This document shows positions 62,777 through 64,000 of a stretch of DNA of 64,000 nt, piece by piece. Source of the stretch: Myxococcota bacterium (GTDB taxonomy: Bacteria > Myxococcota_A > Polyangia > Nannocystales > Nannocystaceae); NCBI GenBank assembly GCA_039028615.1, contig JBCCHT010000003.1:32001-96000 (forward strand), written 5' to 3'. Position 1 is the first letter of the stretch; each line of letters begins with the position of its first letter. A program made the position numbers and the translations under genes. The notes below the pieces were generated by a model. It did no database searches and was not told the DNA's origin. It saw only the letters and a list, made by a program, of their open reading frames with translations.

Positions 62777-63099
62777 GCGCGTAGGCGCATCCCTTGCTCA
62801 TCGCGTTTTCGAGCGCCATGGGCACACCCTTCCGTCGCCGGGGATCCGTCCCTGGCGACAGTCGTTTCGAATCGTGCGCGTTCGGCGAGGCCAAACCGGC
62901 CGATCGGCTCCTGGAGGCCGTTTTCCGCCGTGGCGCGGCAAAAACGGGAGCTGGAGCACAATCGGTCGTCCGAAAGATTTCGTCGCGCCCGTAACCGTAC
63001 CGCGGCCCACGAATACTTCCGGCCATGAGCCTCGGACCCACTCTGCCGCCGTTGGATGTTTGCCCCGACTTCGCCGTGTCCGTGAGCAAGGGAGCTGCC

Positions 63100-63660
63100 A
63101 TGCCGAAAGAGCCGGTCTTCGACGACCACGACTTGCTGGTCGAAGCCATCGATCACGATCACATCCAGGGAGGCCTCTTCGACGTCTACCTCATGGTCTG
63201 GGCGGGACACGTCACCGAGGCCGCGGTCGAGTCGTTGGACGTCGGGCTTCGCCTCGCGACGGAGCGCGGCTCGGGCAGCGTCATGCTGCTCGGCGTCATC
63301 TTGCCCGGCGCGCCCATGACCATGTCTCGCGAGGCTCGCGACAAGCTGTCCGCGGTGCTGAGCAAGCACGCGGGCTCGCTGCGGGGCATCGCGATGGTCA
63401 GCGGCGGCGACACGAGCATCACCCGATGGCTGCGGAGCGGGCTGGTGTCCTCCATCGCGGTGGCGGCCAGCGGCGTCGAGCTGCGTGGCTTCGGCGACGT
63501 CGACGAGGCGCTCGTGTGGACCAGCGACCGTGCTCAAGACGTGGCGGCGACCCCCGATCGCCTCAAGGTCTCGCTCGAGGATTTCCGCGACCGTCTCGAC
63601 CGCGCCCGCAACCCCGAGGCCCCGCACGCGCGCCGCGAGACGATCATGCTTTGCTGCTGA
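63100..63660 (+). CDS. Hypothetical protein (STAS/SEC14-like alpha/beta pattern)
   Basis: GGAG RBS before the ATG at 63100; GC3-biased codons; F..VDEALVW motif. Confidence 0.6.
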   Translation: MPKEPVFDDHDLLVEAIDHDHIQGGLFDVYLMVWAGHVTEAAVESLDVGLRLATERGSGSVMLLGVILPGAPMTMSREARDKLSAVLSKHAGSLRGIAMVSGGDTSITRWLRSGLVSSIAVAASGVELRGFGDVDEALVWTSDRAQDVAATPDRLKVSLEDFRDRLDRARNPEAPHARRETIMLCC

Positions 63661-64000
63661 GCGGCTGCGTCGACCAGCACCCCAGTCGATGACCCGAAGC
63701 GTCGTCGCGGCCCAGACCGAGGTTCAGGGTGGCCGCCACGACGCTTTGCTTTTGTCGAGCGTCCTGCGCGTCCTGGGCCCGCATGTTGGGTCGTTTGTTG
63801 AGCTCGAGCAGCCAGGCCCGGTCCTGGTCGTCGAACACGAAGTCGACCCCGAAGAGCTGAAAGCAGCGGTGGGCGTGGAGCCGGCCGGCATCCAGGCGCG
63901 CCGCAGTGGCGGCGAGGGCCAGGGACGACGCCTCGATCATGCTGCGCTCGAGCGCGTCGGGATCGGCCCCCGTCGCCGCGAGGAGGGTGCGGCGTAGGCC
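63644..64000 (-). CDS. Tubulin-tyrosine ligase-like ATP-grasp protein (C-terminal part; runs off the window end)
   Basis: CFQLFGVDFVFDDQDRAWLLELNKRPNM matches the TTL/TTLL C-terminal signature; the frame is open to position 64000. Confidence 0.75.
   Translation of the reverse strand, partial: GLRRTLLAATGADPDALERSMIEASSLALAATAARLDAGRLHAHRCFQLFGVDFVFDDQDRAWLLELNKRPNMRAQDAQDARQKQSVVAATLNLGLGRDDASGHRLGCWSTQPLSSKA

Overview
GC-rich bacterial DNA (about 70% by eye). The gene content suggests a myxobacterium, probably Nannocystineae-like (inference): many acidic, Cys-rich lipoproteins, a MYXO-CTERM-like tail, a Ser/Thr kinase-TPR protein, three paralogous ECF sigma factors and a PilA-like domain. 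About 48 coding regions are supported, including one frameshifted gene. I found no rRNA, tRNA, CRISPR array, integrase or transposase. Main modules: (1) TetR + MBL hydrolase sharing an operator. (2) A divergent galactoside cluster (GH2 lipoprotein beta-galactosidase, Na+/sugar symporter, GalK, eukaryote-type UDP-sugar pyrophosphorylase) containing a hydroxylysine-kinase/phospho-lyase-type fusion. This is the best candidate for an undescribed system, hypothetically catabolism of collagen-derived galactosyl-hydroxylysine. (3) A lipid-anchored pilin head downstream of an ECF sigma factor. (4) A Tat-exported Pao/Yag-like molybdoenzyme operon with a small Cys-rich fourth gene and a double operator. 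(5) A lipoprotein array and two phospholipase C-like paralogs. (6) A TPR/CRTAC1/pentaheme cytochrome operon. (7) Tandem GH13 lipoproteins. (8) A Fur-family metal locus with a TGCAA-N5-TTGCA box, a TonB receptor, a frameshifted ECF and a ZIP-DUF318 fusion. (9) A peptidoglycan-binding-domain/KAP NTPase fusion. (10) An STK-ECF pair, twin Cys-heptad lipoproteins, DUF2330 and VWA proteins, and a partial tubulin-tyrosine-ligase-like gene at the right edge. All family calls come from motif recognition by eye; no database search was run.
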